Shown piece after piece: positions 45,809 through 56,620 of a stretch of 64,000 bases of DNA (the stretch's first letter is position 1; each line of letters opens with the position of its first letter). Under the pieces are notes generated by a model. The model was not told the origin of the DNA. It ran no database searches and was given only the letters and a program-made list of their open reading frames with translations. The translations under genes and the position numbers were made by a program. This stretch comes from an uncultured Prevotella sp. (GTDB lineage: Bacteria; Bacteroidota; Bacteroidia; Bacteroidales; Bacteroidaceae): assembly GCA_916440255.1 (NCBI GenBank), contig CAKAIJ010000003.1:866263-930262 (forward strand). The letters are read 5' to 3'.

Positions 45809-46480
45809 ATGGAAAGTGATGTAATAAAAGCACTTAGTTCCTGTCCACTTTTTGCAGGAATGAGTGAGTTAGAGATAGAAATAATGTTAGGCAGTGTCAA
45901 TTATCAGTTGATTTCTATGCCTTCTCATGAGTTATATGCATTGGCAGGTATGCCATGTAAGTATGTAGATGTCGTGACAAAAGGTAAGTTAATCTGTCGT
46001 ATGGCTGCCTTGTCTGGAAAACAAGTAGAAGTGAGCCGGTTGCATAGTGGCAACATGGTAGCTCCAGCCTTCATCTTTTCTAAGGATAGAAGTCTGCCCG
46101 TAAGTGTTGAAACAGATGGTAAAGTGCAGCTTTTTCGTATGCGCCCAGAGGAGTTGAAACGTCTAATAGATGTGGACGAAACAATTCGTATGAATTATAT
46201 TCGTATTCTCTCAAATATTGATGTTTTCTTAACTCAGAAGATGAAGGTACTAAGTTTGTTTACAATACGTGAGAAAGTTGCTTATCTTTTAATGGAATGT
46301 TCTGGCGAGCAAGGTAGCAATGAAGTACATCTGGAGCGTTCACGTCAAGAGATTGCTGATTCGTTTGGCATTCAGAAGTTCTCATTGCTTCGTGTTCTAT
46401 CAGACTTTGAGAAGGAGGGTGCGATAGAGATACATGGCAGAACGATTAAGATACTTGATCGTAGAAAGATGTTGAGGTAG
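45809..46480 (+). CDS. Crp/Fnr-family transcriptional regulator (HcpR-like)
   Basis: cNMP-binding fold plus C-terminal HTH SRQEIADSFG..SLLRVLS; divergent from the RIC-like gene. Confidence 0.85.
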   Translation: MESDVIKALSSCPLFAGMSELEIEIMLGSVNYQLISMPSHELYALAGMPCKYVDVVTKGKLICRMAALSGKQVEVSRLHSGNMVAPAFIFSKDRSLPVSVETDGKVQLFRMRPEELKRLIDVDETIRMNYIRILSNIDVFLTQKMKVLSLFTIREKVAYLLMECSGEQGSNEVHLERSRQEIADSFGIQKFSLLRVLSDFEKEGAIEIHGRTIKILDRRKMLR

Positions 46481-46521
46481 AAGTTTTTGTGATTATTTAG
46501 TTGTCATATATTTTTAGATTA

Positions 46522-47445
46522 ATGTTACTGAACGTTTTATTTATAGTTGTGGGTATTGCTCTCGTTTTATGGGGGGCTGATCGTTTGACAGATGGTGCTG
46601 TGGCTGTTGCAGAAAAGATGAAGATGCCACAGATTGTAATAGGTTTAACAATCGTTGCGATGGGGACAAGTATGCCAGAGTTTTGCGTAAGTTTAATTTC
46701 GGCATTGAAAGGAACATCAGATTTAGCAATAGGCAACATTGTTGGTTCTAATATTTTTAATGCTTTGCTTATTGTAGGAGTATCAGCATTGGTTGCTCCG
46801 ATGTCAATTATGAAGACGACTGTAAGAAATGATATTCCTTTTGCGCTTGTTGCATCCGTAACGTTATTAATAATGTGTCTTGATGGCGATATAAGCAGAA
46901 TAGATGCGTTCATTCTTTTTGCATTGTTTCTTGTCTTTATGTATAAGACGCTCACAGGGGTTAAGGGACAGGAGACGGATGTTAAAACAGATGACAAGAA
47001 GTCGATGGCAACCTGGTTGTCCGTTGTTTGGATTATTGTTGGTTTAGTTTGTTTGATAGGGGGGAGTAATCTCTTTGTAGAGGGAGCTACTATTGTGGCA
47101 ACAAAATTAGGAGTATCAGAGGCAGTTATAGGACTAACCATCGTAGCAGGAGGAACTTCTTTGCCAGAGTTAGCAACAAGTGTTGTCTCGGCTCGTAAGG
47201 GGAATAGTGGTATTGCTATAGGTAATGCGCTGGGTTCTAATGTGTTTAATATCCTTGCTATTCTTGGTCTGACTGGTGTCATAACGCCGATGACATTAAA
47301 AGGTATTACTTTAATCGACCTTTCTATGCTGGTTATTTCTGTCATACTTGTGTGGCTATTTTCGTTTACTACGTATAAGATTGAGCGGTGGGAGGGAGCA
47401 GTGCTGTCTGTTGTTTTTATAGCGTATATTTACTCCTTATTGTAG
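46522..47445 (+). CDS. Ca2+/Na+ antiporter (YrbG family)
   Basis: Duplicated GLTIVA.GTS.PE and GN..GSN.FN alpha repeats. Confidence 0.9.
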   Translation: MLLNVLFIVVGIALVLWGADRLTDGAVAVAEKMKMPQIVIGLTIVAMGTSMPEFCVSLISALKGTSDLAIGNIVGSNIFNALLIVGVSALVAPMSIMKTTVRNDIPFALVASVTLLIMCLDGDISRIDAFILFALFLVFMYKTLTGVKGQETDVKTDDKKSMATWLSVVWIIVGLVCLIGGSNLFVEGATIVATKLGVSEAVIGLTIVAGGTSLPELATSVVSARKGNSGIAIGNALGSNVFNILAILGLTGVITPMTLKGITLIDLSMLVISVILVWLFSFTTYKIERWEGAVLSVVFIAYIYSLL

Positions 47446-48154
47446 GCAATTATTAGCAGGTCAGAATTGGTTACATAGCTAAAAGACTTTTTTGTCAGTC
47501 TGTTCTCTTACACATAAAAGCATTCTAAAAAAAGAAAATTGTATATATATAGGGTTTGAAAAATATTTACATGATTTCGGTGAAAAATATCTGTTATTAA
47601 AGAATAAGACATGTTTTAAGGATTAAGTTATAACTATCAGTAAAGCAGCTCTTTATAAAACTTTGTATAGAAAGGTGCTTAATAGGAGTTTCAAAGGGCG
47701 TTAGTAACATGCGAAAAGAGTATCTTTTGCAAGTGAGAAGATGCTCTTTTGGAGACTAAGTGACTATGTTTGACGTAGTTGTTTTTGAAAATAACTTACA
47801 AAAACCTAATAATATGGAATGATGTTGATTGTGAGGACGGAGTCATATAATAAATGGCTATCTTATTTTCTTTTGTCTTTACCATATAGAATGGGATAGA
47901 TTTACCATGCAAGTATTTAATTCTTTGTTTCATTTCTAATATATGTACTTAAAGGATGAATCGTCTTAACGGATAAGTCCCGATGTTTAAGTTTAATTAT
48001 AAGATGTATATGGGGTTCCCTTTTCCTTTATCTCCCTATAATAAGCCTTGCTGTGGGTAAATTAAGAGGCTGATGTAAAAAAGTATAAGAAAAATTTGGC
48101 TGTTAGAAAGAAAAGTTATACCTTTGCACTCGCTAAGAAGAAATAGCCAATTAT

Positions 48155-48229
48155 GGTGGATGTAGTTCAGTTGGTTAGAGCGTCAGATTGTGGTTCTGAA
48201 TGTCGTGGGTTCGAATCCCACCACCCACC
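48155..48229 (+). tRNA. tRNA-His(GTG)
   Basis: G-1 plus GTGGATG acceptor, anticodon loop TT-GTG-GT, GGTTCGAATCC; TACCTTTG upstream; terminator AGCGGAAGTC..GACTTCCGCT-T5 downstream. Confidence 0.95.
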
Positions 48230-48385
48230 CTTCAAGAATTAAGCGGAAGTCTAATAAACAAAAGGACTTCCGCTTTTTCTATGCTATTAGTATTATATAT
48301 AAAAGAAGAAGTGGGGATAGCTTATTATTTAAGACTATCCCCACAATTTTTCTACTGAGCAACTATTATGCCCATTACTCCTTTT

Positions 48386-49222
48386 TTATTTTAGTTTTTT
48401 AGCCAATACCTCTTGTAATTTTTCAGCTCTGAGGTCCATCGCAATAATCTTTCCTTGTGGATCAAGGAGGATGTTAGAAGGAATACTACGAATGCCATAG
48501 ATAGCAGCGGCTGATGACTCCCAGCCTTTGAGGTCAGACATTTGTGGCCAGGTCATTCCCAACTTTTCTACGGCAGCTGACCATTGTAGCTTTTTACTAT
48601 CAAAACTAACACCAATAATTTCCAGTCCTTTATCCTTGAAACGTTTGTAGGCTTCTACGACGTTTGGCATTTCGGCACGACATGGACCACACCAGCTTGC
48701 CCAGAAGTCAACTAAGACATATTTACCTTTACCTACCCATTGACTAAGTTTAGCTTGCTTGCCATTAAGGTCTTCCATGGTTAGGTCTTTATACATAGAG
48801 CCCGGTTGGCGTAGCTTATAAGAGTCGAATAGTTGCTTAGCCTGTACCATTTCTGGCTCATTATAATATCCAGTGGTAGGGTCGCAAAGTTCCTTCAGTT
48901 CATCAAACTCAACATCATAAAGGATTTTTGCAACATATTTAGCAGGGAACTTTGTGGTTTTGAACTTTCTTGCAATCTCTAAGGCTGTACTTTTCTGTAC
49001 GGTGTATAGAGAGTCAGCTTTAACCATTATTTCGTTCAACTTAGCTTTTTCTGCATCGGTAAAGGTTGCAGGGTCTTTCTTTCCTATTTCTTGGTAGGCT
49101 GTTTCAAGTGATTTATACTGTGTCTCTATTTGAGACATTTTCTCTTCGTATGGCTTGGTGTCTTGTGCGTTAGCCGTGAAAACAGTTGTAGCCAGTGCTG
49201 TTATTAGAATAATCTTCTTCAT
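48386..49222 (-). CDS. TlpA/AhpC-TSA family thiol-disulfide oxidoreductase
   Basis: VDFWASWCGPC, IPSNILLDPQG; signal peptide. Confidence 0.9.
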   Translation of the reverse strand: MKKIILITALATTVFTANAQDTKPYEEKMSQIETQYKSLETAYQEIGKKDPATFTDAEKAKLNEIMVKADSLYTVQKSTALEIARKFKTTKFPAKYVAKILYDVEFDELKELCDPTTGYYNEPEMVQAKQLFDSYKLRQPGSMYKDLTMEDLNGKQAKLSQWVGKGKYVLVDFWASWCGPCRAEMPNVVEAYKRFKDKGLEIIGVSFDSKKLQWSAAVEKLGMTWPQMSDLKGWESSAAAIYGIRSIPSNILLDPQGKIIAMDLRAEKLQEVLAKKLK

Positions 49223-50025
49223 ATTTGTTTTAATTTTTGATATTGTTGCAAAAGTAATGAAATTCTCTTTATAACAATGCATTATTATATTTTTAGTGAG
49301 AAAGATAGATTTTTCGACGAGTTATGTTTTATAAATTTAACTCAAGTTTAACAGGGCAAAAATTCTGGTTCTTCGGGAATTTGGATTGATAAACAGATAA
49401 AAATAAAACGAAGCCGCTATAAATATTGTATATTTGAATAACAAGATTAAAGTAATAAAATGAAAATACGTATGGAGTCAGGGATGAGAGATTCTTTATG
49501 CACTGCATGACTGCCATATCACTCGAAATGTCGGATAAAAACATGTACTCTACACCATCAATATTATTTAATAGGTAGGAATATCATTCTCAAATCTTAT
49601 GAGGTTATTTTTAATAAATATAACTTGAAAAAGAGATATCAGGTTTTTCTCTGTCAGTTCGTCTTCTGCTACATTTATATAATAATGCCCATAACTATAT
49701 GAAAAATCTTTTATTCTTATCAGGTTTGTCATGGTATACGTTGATATAGATAGTCTCCGTGAAGTCTAATATATTTGAATTTAGAAACAGCCACTTTGCA
49801 ACTGTTTGTGTCAAGTTTTCATATTTATTATGGAGTTCACTTGATGTCAATTTTGGCCGCTGGAAACATATATTAAAAATCATGATAATGTGTAGACAAT
49901 TGCACACATGGTAAACTATACGAATCATTCTCTGATGTAGAAACTTTCCAACTATCCTCTAATTCAAACGACTTAAAGTGTTGTGTCAAGGAATCAATTT
50001 GAGGGAAGAGTTGTCGAATAATTTC

Positions 50026-51325
50026 GGCTCTATAACGAATCGTGTGGGTAATCCAGTTCAAGCCCACCTGTTATGAAATAGATCATATACTTAAAGTTTT
50101 CTGTATTTACGAATCCTCTTGCCCTCCTTTTTGCAAGTTGTATCTGTGAGTTCAATCCCTCCAGAACTCCGTTGTTGACATCCCTCATGGCAAATAGCTG
50201 CTTGATGCCGTACATGTGCGATTTTATCATTGCAACGAAATTAAGCATAGGCTTGATTGCCGATTGTTCTACCATCTCACACCATAAATCAAGTTTTTCC
50301 ACAGAATCCTTAGCGCACTCATTGAATATATCGATGAAAGATTCCTTAAAGCTATAAGCCTTTCCAATTGTTGGGTAGGTCATCAGGAGGGTATTCAGTT
50401 CCATCATTTTTTTTGGTGAGAGATTCTTCTTGTTGTATAGCAGCGTAAAACGGTGTCCTTTAAGTAGTTTGGTTTCTTTGTGTTCCTCCTTACGTACCAT
50501 ATCAACAGCCTCGTTGAGAGCCTTAAATATATGGAATTTATCGAAAATGATACCGGCATTGGGGAAGTGAGTTAAGGCACCTGATATGAAAGATTTAGAC
50601 ATATCCATACTGATAGCTTCTATATTCTCCACCTTTCCATGGCTCGCAACCAATGCCTTGCTGAATGCCTCGAAAGTGCTTGCATCTTTACCATCAGTGA
50701 CGAAAATAGTCTTACGAGTATCCAAGTCTACAAACTGCGTTATGTAGTTGTGTCCCTTTCGTTTAGAGGTTTCATCCACTCCGATGTGACGTACTTTGGA
50801 CATGTCAATTTTCTTAACGGCTTTGCGAACCCAATGATTAAAAACACGCCATATACGTGGAGCTGTTTCATGAATGGTACGGGAAACGCTCTTCACAGGC
50901 ATTTCACGCTCTATGAGAAGCATTGAGTAGGCTTCGAAAAGCAATGTGAAACCGCTGCTTTTACGTGCCCACGGAACATCTACCATGATTGTTCGGTGGT
51001 CATCTGTTTTAATACGGGGAACGCTGGCGTGAAGATAACAAAGATGTTCAAAGAAGTTCAAATGACGCCATGTCTTATCTATGGTATCGTAGGCAGTGTA
51101 CTCATTTTCATTAAGCTTTAAAACGATGTCCACGATTAAAAGCTCAACCAAATATGGAGTTCTTTGGTGGAGTGTTTGCCTTCTATAAACTCAACCTTGG
51201 ATACATACCATGGTTCTGACAGGCCTAAAGCCATTGTAAATATCTCTGTACTATTCATAAAAAACAAAGGTAATATTTTTTTATCTGAAATTTATATGAT
51301 TACCCACACGATTCGTTATAGAGCC
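50026..51325 (-). mobile_element. ISL3-family insertion sequence, 1300 bp
   Basis: Perfect 28-bp IRs GGCTCTATAACGAATCGTGTGGGTAATC (50026-50053 / 51298-51325); 8-bp TSD ATAATTTC (50018-50025, 51326-51333). Confidence 0.95.
50030..51258 (-). CDS. ISL3 transposase (one frameshift near 51115)
   Basis: IGVDETS..KGHNYIT, SMDMS, FDKFH, NGVLEGLNS.IQ..KRRARGF. Confidence 0.9.
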
Positions 51326-52227
51326 ATAATTTCTGGCTTATTATTCTTCACCGCATTACAAGATATTTCCAAAATGTCAATCAGACTTCCTCGCCCAATG
51401 TCCTCCTTGTGTGAAGAGTATTCAGCACCATCTTGCAAGTCAAAAAAGAAAGAAGTCTTTAGATTAAGACCAAGGTTCTTACGAACAAAGGGCGTAGAAG
51501 AAAAAACTACATAACGCAGCAATGACGCTATTTTCAATTGGCACAGACTATCTGTAATCTCCTTCTTATTACCTTTTAAGTCTTTATAAGCAAGTGTATA
51601 CGTTGGTTCCGAGAAAATCGTACCCTTGATTACTTGCAAAGCATACTTCTCTGACTCTCCGTCTACAACAATATACTGTTGTGAGGCGAGAGGATTATAC
51701 AATTCCTTAAGTATAGGCGCATAGAGTTCATAATCTTGCTTACTACATGGGGAAAGACGATTTTTGTGCCACCAATGCTGTCGCCATAAAGAATAGCAAT
51801 AATAGCAGCATAACCTTAATGACATAAGTACTATAAATTTCTTTCATTTCTTCATTATTATACTCTTGTTCTTAATTAAGAAAGGAGGATGCTATATTAA
51901 AATGTAATTACTTCTGCAAATGTAAGAAAAAAAGAATTCAGTAGGAGTTCTAAAAACCAACTTTTTTATTGGCCTTGCGTTTGTTTTAATTGATATTCTT
52001 TTATTTGTTTCTTACCTCACGTAAATTACTTTTCTTTGGAATATATGCCTATCCCAAGTTTAACGAGCAAAATCTGATTTGTAGGACACAGAGACCATAA
52101 ATAAAAGTGCAGTAACTATGAGATTATACGATGATAGGTGTTAAACTTGTGTCTGTTGTTTATCTTTTTGTCTATTTTTTGTTCTATTTGCGTAAAAATA
52201 TGTACCTTTGCAAGCACTTTATGGAAT

Positions 52228-52262
52228 AGGGGTGCTTGGTTAACCCCCTTTAACAAAACAAG
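52228..52262 (+). promoter_or_regulatory. preQ1-I riboswitch aptamer
   Basis: P1 AGGGG/CCCCT, loop containing CTTG, 3' tail TTAACAAAACAAG able to pseudoknot (CTTG/CAAG); directly upstream of yhhQ-queF. Confidence 0.85.
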
Positions 52263-52265
52263 AAA

Positions 52266-52952
52266 ATGATAAAAAGTAAACAACAGGTGAGTGTGCTGTT
52301 TATGCTTTTCAGCATCCTCTTTTGTGTTTGTCTTATTTCGGCAAACATTCTCGAGACAAAGCAAATTTCAGTGTTAGGTATTTCATTGACAGGTGGATTG
52401 ATAGTATTTCCAATCTCCTACATTATCAATGACTGTGTCTGTGAAGTATGGGGTTTTAGGAAGGCACGTCTGTTGATATGGACAGGTTTTGCAATGAATT
52501 TCTTCTTCGTATCAATGGGAGCGATATGCGATTGGATACCGGGCGCACCTTATTGGGATAACGATGCGGGATTTCATGCAGTCTTTGGTTTAGCTCCACG
52601 TGTAGCAGCAGCCTCTTTTATTGCGTTCATTATAGGTTCGTTTGCGAATGCATACGTGATGAGTAAGATGAAGATTCGCGATAAAGGGCGTAACTTCTCA
52701 GCACGTGCAATTGTTAGTACTATCGTGGGTGAAAGTTTCGATTCAATTATCTTCTTCCCATTGGCATTGGGAGGTGTCGTTCCTGCAGAGGAACTTCCAA
52801 AGCTCATGATATGGCAGGTGGTCTTGAAGACTGTTTACGAAGTGATTGCTCTTCCTGTAACCATTCGTGTTGTAAAGGCATTGAAGTCGCATGAAGGAGA
52901 GGATGTTTATGATAATAATGTAAATTATAGTATTTGGAAAATATTTGCTTAA
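52266..52952 (+). CDS. yhhQ: Queuosine precursor transporter (YhhQ/Vut_1)
   Basis: FPISYIIND..EVWG, R...AS..AF..G, R...ST.VGE..DS..FF; next to queF and riboswitch. Confidence 0.9.
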   Translation: MIKSKQQVSVLFMLFSILFCVCLISANILETKQISVLGISLTGGLIVFPISYIINDCVCEVWGFRKARLLIWTGFAMNFFFVSMGAICDWIPGAPYWDNDAGFHAVFGLAPRVAAASFIAFIIGSFANAYVMSKMKIRDKGRNFSARAIVSTIVGESFDSIIFFPLALGGVVPAEELPKLMIWQVVLKTVYEVIALPVTIRVVKALKSHEGEDVYDNNVNYSIWKIFA

Positions 52953-53045
52953 GCTAATTGAAGCATATAACGAACGAGCCAATAAGGTTTATTGCTTAAG
53001 ATAGCATTACGCCTTATTGGCTTAATTTATTAAGAAAAGTACGAT

Positions 53046-53501
53046 ATGGAAAGAGAGAAGGAAGGATTGAAATCATTAGGGTCAGAAACCCAATACAAGA
53101 TGGATTATGCGCCTGAGGTGTTGGAATCGTTTGTAAATAAGCACCCAGATAATGATTATTGGGTACGTTTCAACTGCCCAGAGTTTACCAGTTTATGTCC
53201 TATCACTGGGCAACCAGACTTTGCAGAGATACGTATATCATATATTCCAGATGTGCGAATGGTTGAAAGTAAGAGTTTGAAACTCTATCTTTTCAGTTTC
53301 CGCAACCACGGTGATTTCCATGAAGATTGTGTAAATACAATCATGAAGGACCTTATTAAGTTGATGGACCCTAAGTATATCGAGGTTACAGGAATCTTCA
53401 CCCCACGTGGTGGTATTAGTATTTATCCATACGCTAATTATGGTCGTAAGGGAACAAAGTATGAGCAATTAGCCGAACAACGATTTATCACGCACGAATA
53501 A
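53046..53501 (+). CDS. queF: preQ0 reductase (unimodular QueF)
   Basis: [36 protein letters not shown]. Confidence 0.96.
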   Translation: MEREKEGLKSLGSETQYKMDYAPEVLESFVNKHPDNDYWVRFNCPEFTSLCPITGQPDFAEIRISYIPDVRMVESKSLKLYLFSFRNHGDFHEDCVNTIMKDLIKLMDPKYIEVTGIFTPRGGISIYPYANYGRKGTKYEQLAEQRFITHE

Positions 53502-53527
53502 AGAAGTATGCTCCTTGTTCGTAACAA

Positions 53528-54547
53528 ATGCTGATTGTTATGACAACTAAGCGGATAGTATATTCCATTTTCTTGCTACACATCCTACTGTGTTTCAGTT
53601 GGTGGATATCGCACATGTGTCTTCCAGATAATCTACAGCTCAATGTTGTCTTAGACAGTTTATTATATTATGGCATGCTCTGCACTCTTCCTATATGGCT
53701 TTATCCTATAGGAAGAGTCATCAGAAGGAGTAAGCTATTAGGTGTGTTGGTGATTATCCTCATCAGTAGTGGTGTACTTGTATATGGACTTATAGCTCTG
53801 CTTGCTTTCGCTTTTACAAGTAGTCCAAAATCTGTATGGTATAAAGATAAGACTCATATCATTACAGAAGGTTATGCTTTATCTAAAGATTCTTTCTTCG
53901 TGTGTGGTAGGGGAAGAATAGTAGATCAGGTGAAGTATAAAGGGTGCACTGGTGATTCACCGCTCATTCCTGATTCTGCACTATGGAAGTTCTATGACCA
54001 GTGGGGAGTACTGATGGCATGGTCGGATAATGGACTTGATAATGCCCGAGATATGAAGGCTTATAGTCTTTTTGTTATCGACTCTTTATTATATAATCGG
54101 CATCAAAAGGAAATCCTTAACCTGCGTAAGTCGTATCTTGCAAAGGAACAGAATTATATCCTCAAAGGGTTTCTTTCATGTGGAGGAGGCTCTATTCCCA
54201 CCTATGAATTCAGATATAATACGAAGACACGGATAATGACTGTATCTGAATGGGATGTCTATTACGAGGAGGGCAATCGTATTAGATTGTCCAAAGAGGC
54301 GAATGATAGCATTATAACGCTTATCCGTCAGCACCCTGAAGCACATGTAAGAGATGACGATTATTATGATCGTTATGGGAAAGGGAAAATGTGTTCATCG
54401 CTCGAAGTAAATAATCGCACTATCTTTGATTGTGTTGAAAGTGATTTCTCACACATGCCCGCTCCTTTCCGAAACATCATGCGATTGTTTGCAAGTAAGG
54501 ATGTACAGGGTCGTGATCTATTGTTTAGTTTAGATAAGTCAAGGTGA
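53528..54547 (+). CDS. Hypothetical membrane-anchored protein
   Basis: 339-aa ORF with three N-terminal hydrophobic segments; no recognised motif. Confidence 0.6.
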   Translation: MLIVMTTKRIVYSIFLLHILLCFSWWISHMCLPDNLQLNVVLDSLLYYGMLCTLPIWLYPIGRVIRRSKLLGVLVIILISSGVLVYGLIALLAFAFTSSPKSVWYKDKTHIITEGYALSKDSFFVCGRGRIVDQVKYKGCTGDSPLIPDSALWKFYDQWGVLMAWSDNGLDNARDMKAYSLFVIDSLLYNRHQKEILNLRKSYLAKEQNYILKGFLSCGGGSIPTYEFRYNTKTRIMTVSEWDVYYEEGNRIRLSKEANDSIITLIRQHPEAHVRDDDYYDRYGKGKMCSSLEVNNRTIFDCVESDFSHMPAPFRNIMRLFASKDVQGRDLLFSLDKSR

Positions 54548-54610
54548 TTTGTGGCAATATTGAGTGCGCAACAAAACACACTATAAACCCCTATTTTAGT
54601 TTCATTTTTG

Positions 54611-54695
54611 TTTGCTGTCATATTTAACATTTGTCGTAATAATCTAAATTATAGTGTATTACAAGTCGTAAGCGCATGACAGAAATGACAGCAAA
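54611..54695 (+). repeat. ~86-bp TGTCA/TGACA dispersed repeat, copy 3
   Basis: TTTGCTGTCATATTTAACA...TGACAGAAATGACAGCAAA. Confidence 0.75.
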
Positions 54696-54905
54696 TTTGA
54701 TTTTGCTTAGTTTCAGTGTTTACAATGATAATAAATAAGACAGAAAAGGTTGGACTAACTATTCGTAGTTCAACCTTTTCTGCTTTCTGTACTATATGAT
54801 AGGAGTTGTATCTCCTAACGGCAAGACACCCTCCTCACATCGAGAAGGGCATCTTGTTAAGGGGGAAGAGCGTATAGTTATGATAACAATCAAGGGTATA
54901 GCTTC

Positions 54906-56200
54906 TTATTCATGATAGCTATTTAGCTTTGAAAGATAGAACTTCTTAAGTCGCTCCATCGATAGTAATATGGTGTAGAGGTCTTTGGAAGGGGTAGCGT
55001 AGCTTCCTCCTCGTTGAGTAAGGCCTTTACGAGAACATCAGCTTTTGGATTCTTCGGATTCTTATAGAAAACGAACTGGATGTTAGCAGCCATAGGGACA
55101 ATGCGTGTAGAACTCCAATCCTTTAGGGTAAGACTGTCAATGTCTGAAACCTTGATGTCATTGTTATTAAGATTCAGTAGGCACGTCAATGGCATAACCA
55201 TCGTGTCATGGCCGAAACGAAGGGTTGCACCTGGATGAGGGAGGGCAAGACAAGAATCAGCATCAGTGATAATCTTGCGCAAGAGATTACGCTGTGAGAA
55301 AGGTTGATTACCTCCGCTTTGTGGTGCACTGGCATAACGTAAGTACCACCAAGCATTGCTCCTCTGCCATAGTTGGTACAACTCATCGGCTGTAAAGAGG
55401 TTGTATAGCGAGAGCGAATGGCGTATCTCTGAGTTCTGAACAATGCTTGCTAAACTGAAAAGATCGAAGGTAAGCTGTCCTGCATCCACCTTCTTTGTCA
55501 CGTATTCCTTATCCTTAAAGAGACGAGCCATCAATGGTTTGGTATCAATATTGCGTTTGCCCCACTCGTCAATCGTATTCTTTACAGCACTGCTATCCCT
55601 TTGATGAGAGAGTTTCTTGTCTGGCTGCTTCATAAAATACATGTCATGTGCGCTCGCATCATGCCTAATTTTCAACCGAGGGTTATGTCGAATCAGTTCC
55701 TGCAGTTCGTTCTCCATGGATAGAATACAGCGGATAATATCCGTCGACTTGGCATCCACCCATACCGAATCACGGAATACAGATGGGAAACGATGATACA
55801 TTCTTCGTGCAATCTGCTGATGCTGCTGTGCTCCTAATGGTGTCAGCTCTCCCCATCGTTTGTAAGATTCTGTATACATGAGGCGTAATTTCTTCAAGAC
55901 GTCCTTTCCTTCATTGGTCAACACACCAGCCGAATCAGCTTGCTGTAGGACTTCTATAGGGCGAAGATATTGTTGCTCATGAATGAGATAGCGTGACCCA
56001 TGTCGCCCATAATGCGATAGATATACAGGAAGATAGCCTGAAGGAGCAGGCGTTAGCCTACCCGAAGGAGCTGGGTAAGCAAGGTAATTGTTGGCAGAAA
56101 GCTCAGGATGCTCACTGATCTGCTTTCTGAATGATTGTGCTGTGACGTGTAACGATGCTGAGATGGCTAACGCACAAAGCAAGATAAGTTGTTTTTTCAT
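54906..56200 (-). CDS. Histidine acid phosphatase (clade 2), exported (frameshift at extreme C-terminus)
   Basis: HYGRHGSR, GELT..G..QH, RFGHD; signal peptide. Confidence 0.88.
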
Positions 56201-56349
56201 ATCGTTGTGATTTGATCTAAACTACTATGCAAAGGTAATCATTTTCTATAAACATACGTAATAGAGTGTAAGTTAAAGGTTCATTCCATGTAAATGTCTA
56301 TACTGCTTTATCCCATTCTTATGGTATTGCTGGTGTCGTTTATGCCCTC

Positions 56350-56408
56350 CGCACTAATGGTGCTCACCCTCCGCACTATATGTGCTGAGCATTAGCACCA
56401 ATGGTGTT
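56350..56408. repeat. GCAC-N5-GTGC palindrome array, 22-bp period (copy 3)
   Basis: Three units starting 56350, 56372, 56394. Confidence 0.75.
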
Positions 56409-56620
56409 GGGCATCTATACTTCGATAGGGAAGGGTAGGATTGGTCTGTTGTGAACCTATGAGCGTATGGAATAAGGTACTAAACGATAGTCTAAAAATA
56501 CTTAAAACACTTTTGTATACATGTAAATGTCAAAGATAAATACTATCTTTGTTTCGTTCATAGTAGATTGACTATGTGCAAATTTGACTATAAAAGAATT
56601 ACAAACTAACATAAACAATT

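Larger units (their letters stand above)
49329..51847 (-). pseudogene. Hypothetical gene interrupted by ISL3
   Basis: Reading ...NNKPEI stops at the IS end (51325) and resumes EIIRQLFPQIDSL beyond the other end (50025). Confidence 0.6.

Noticed and set aside
46497..47345. 282-aa minus-strand ORF
   Set aside because: Antisense shadow of the Ca2+/Na+ antiporter gene
51164..51514. 116-aa plus-strand ORF
   Set aside because: Spans the ISL3 end and is antisense to both the transposase and the disrupted gene
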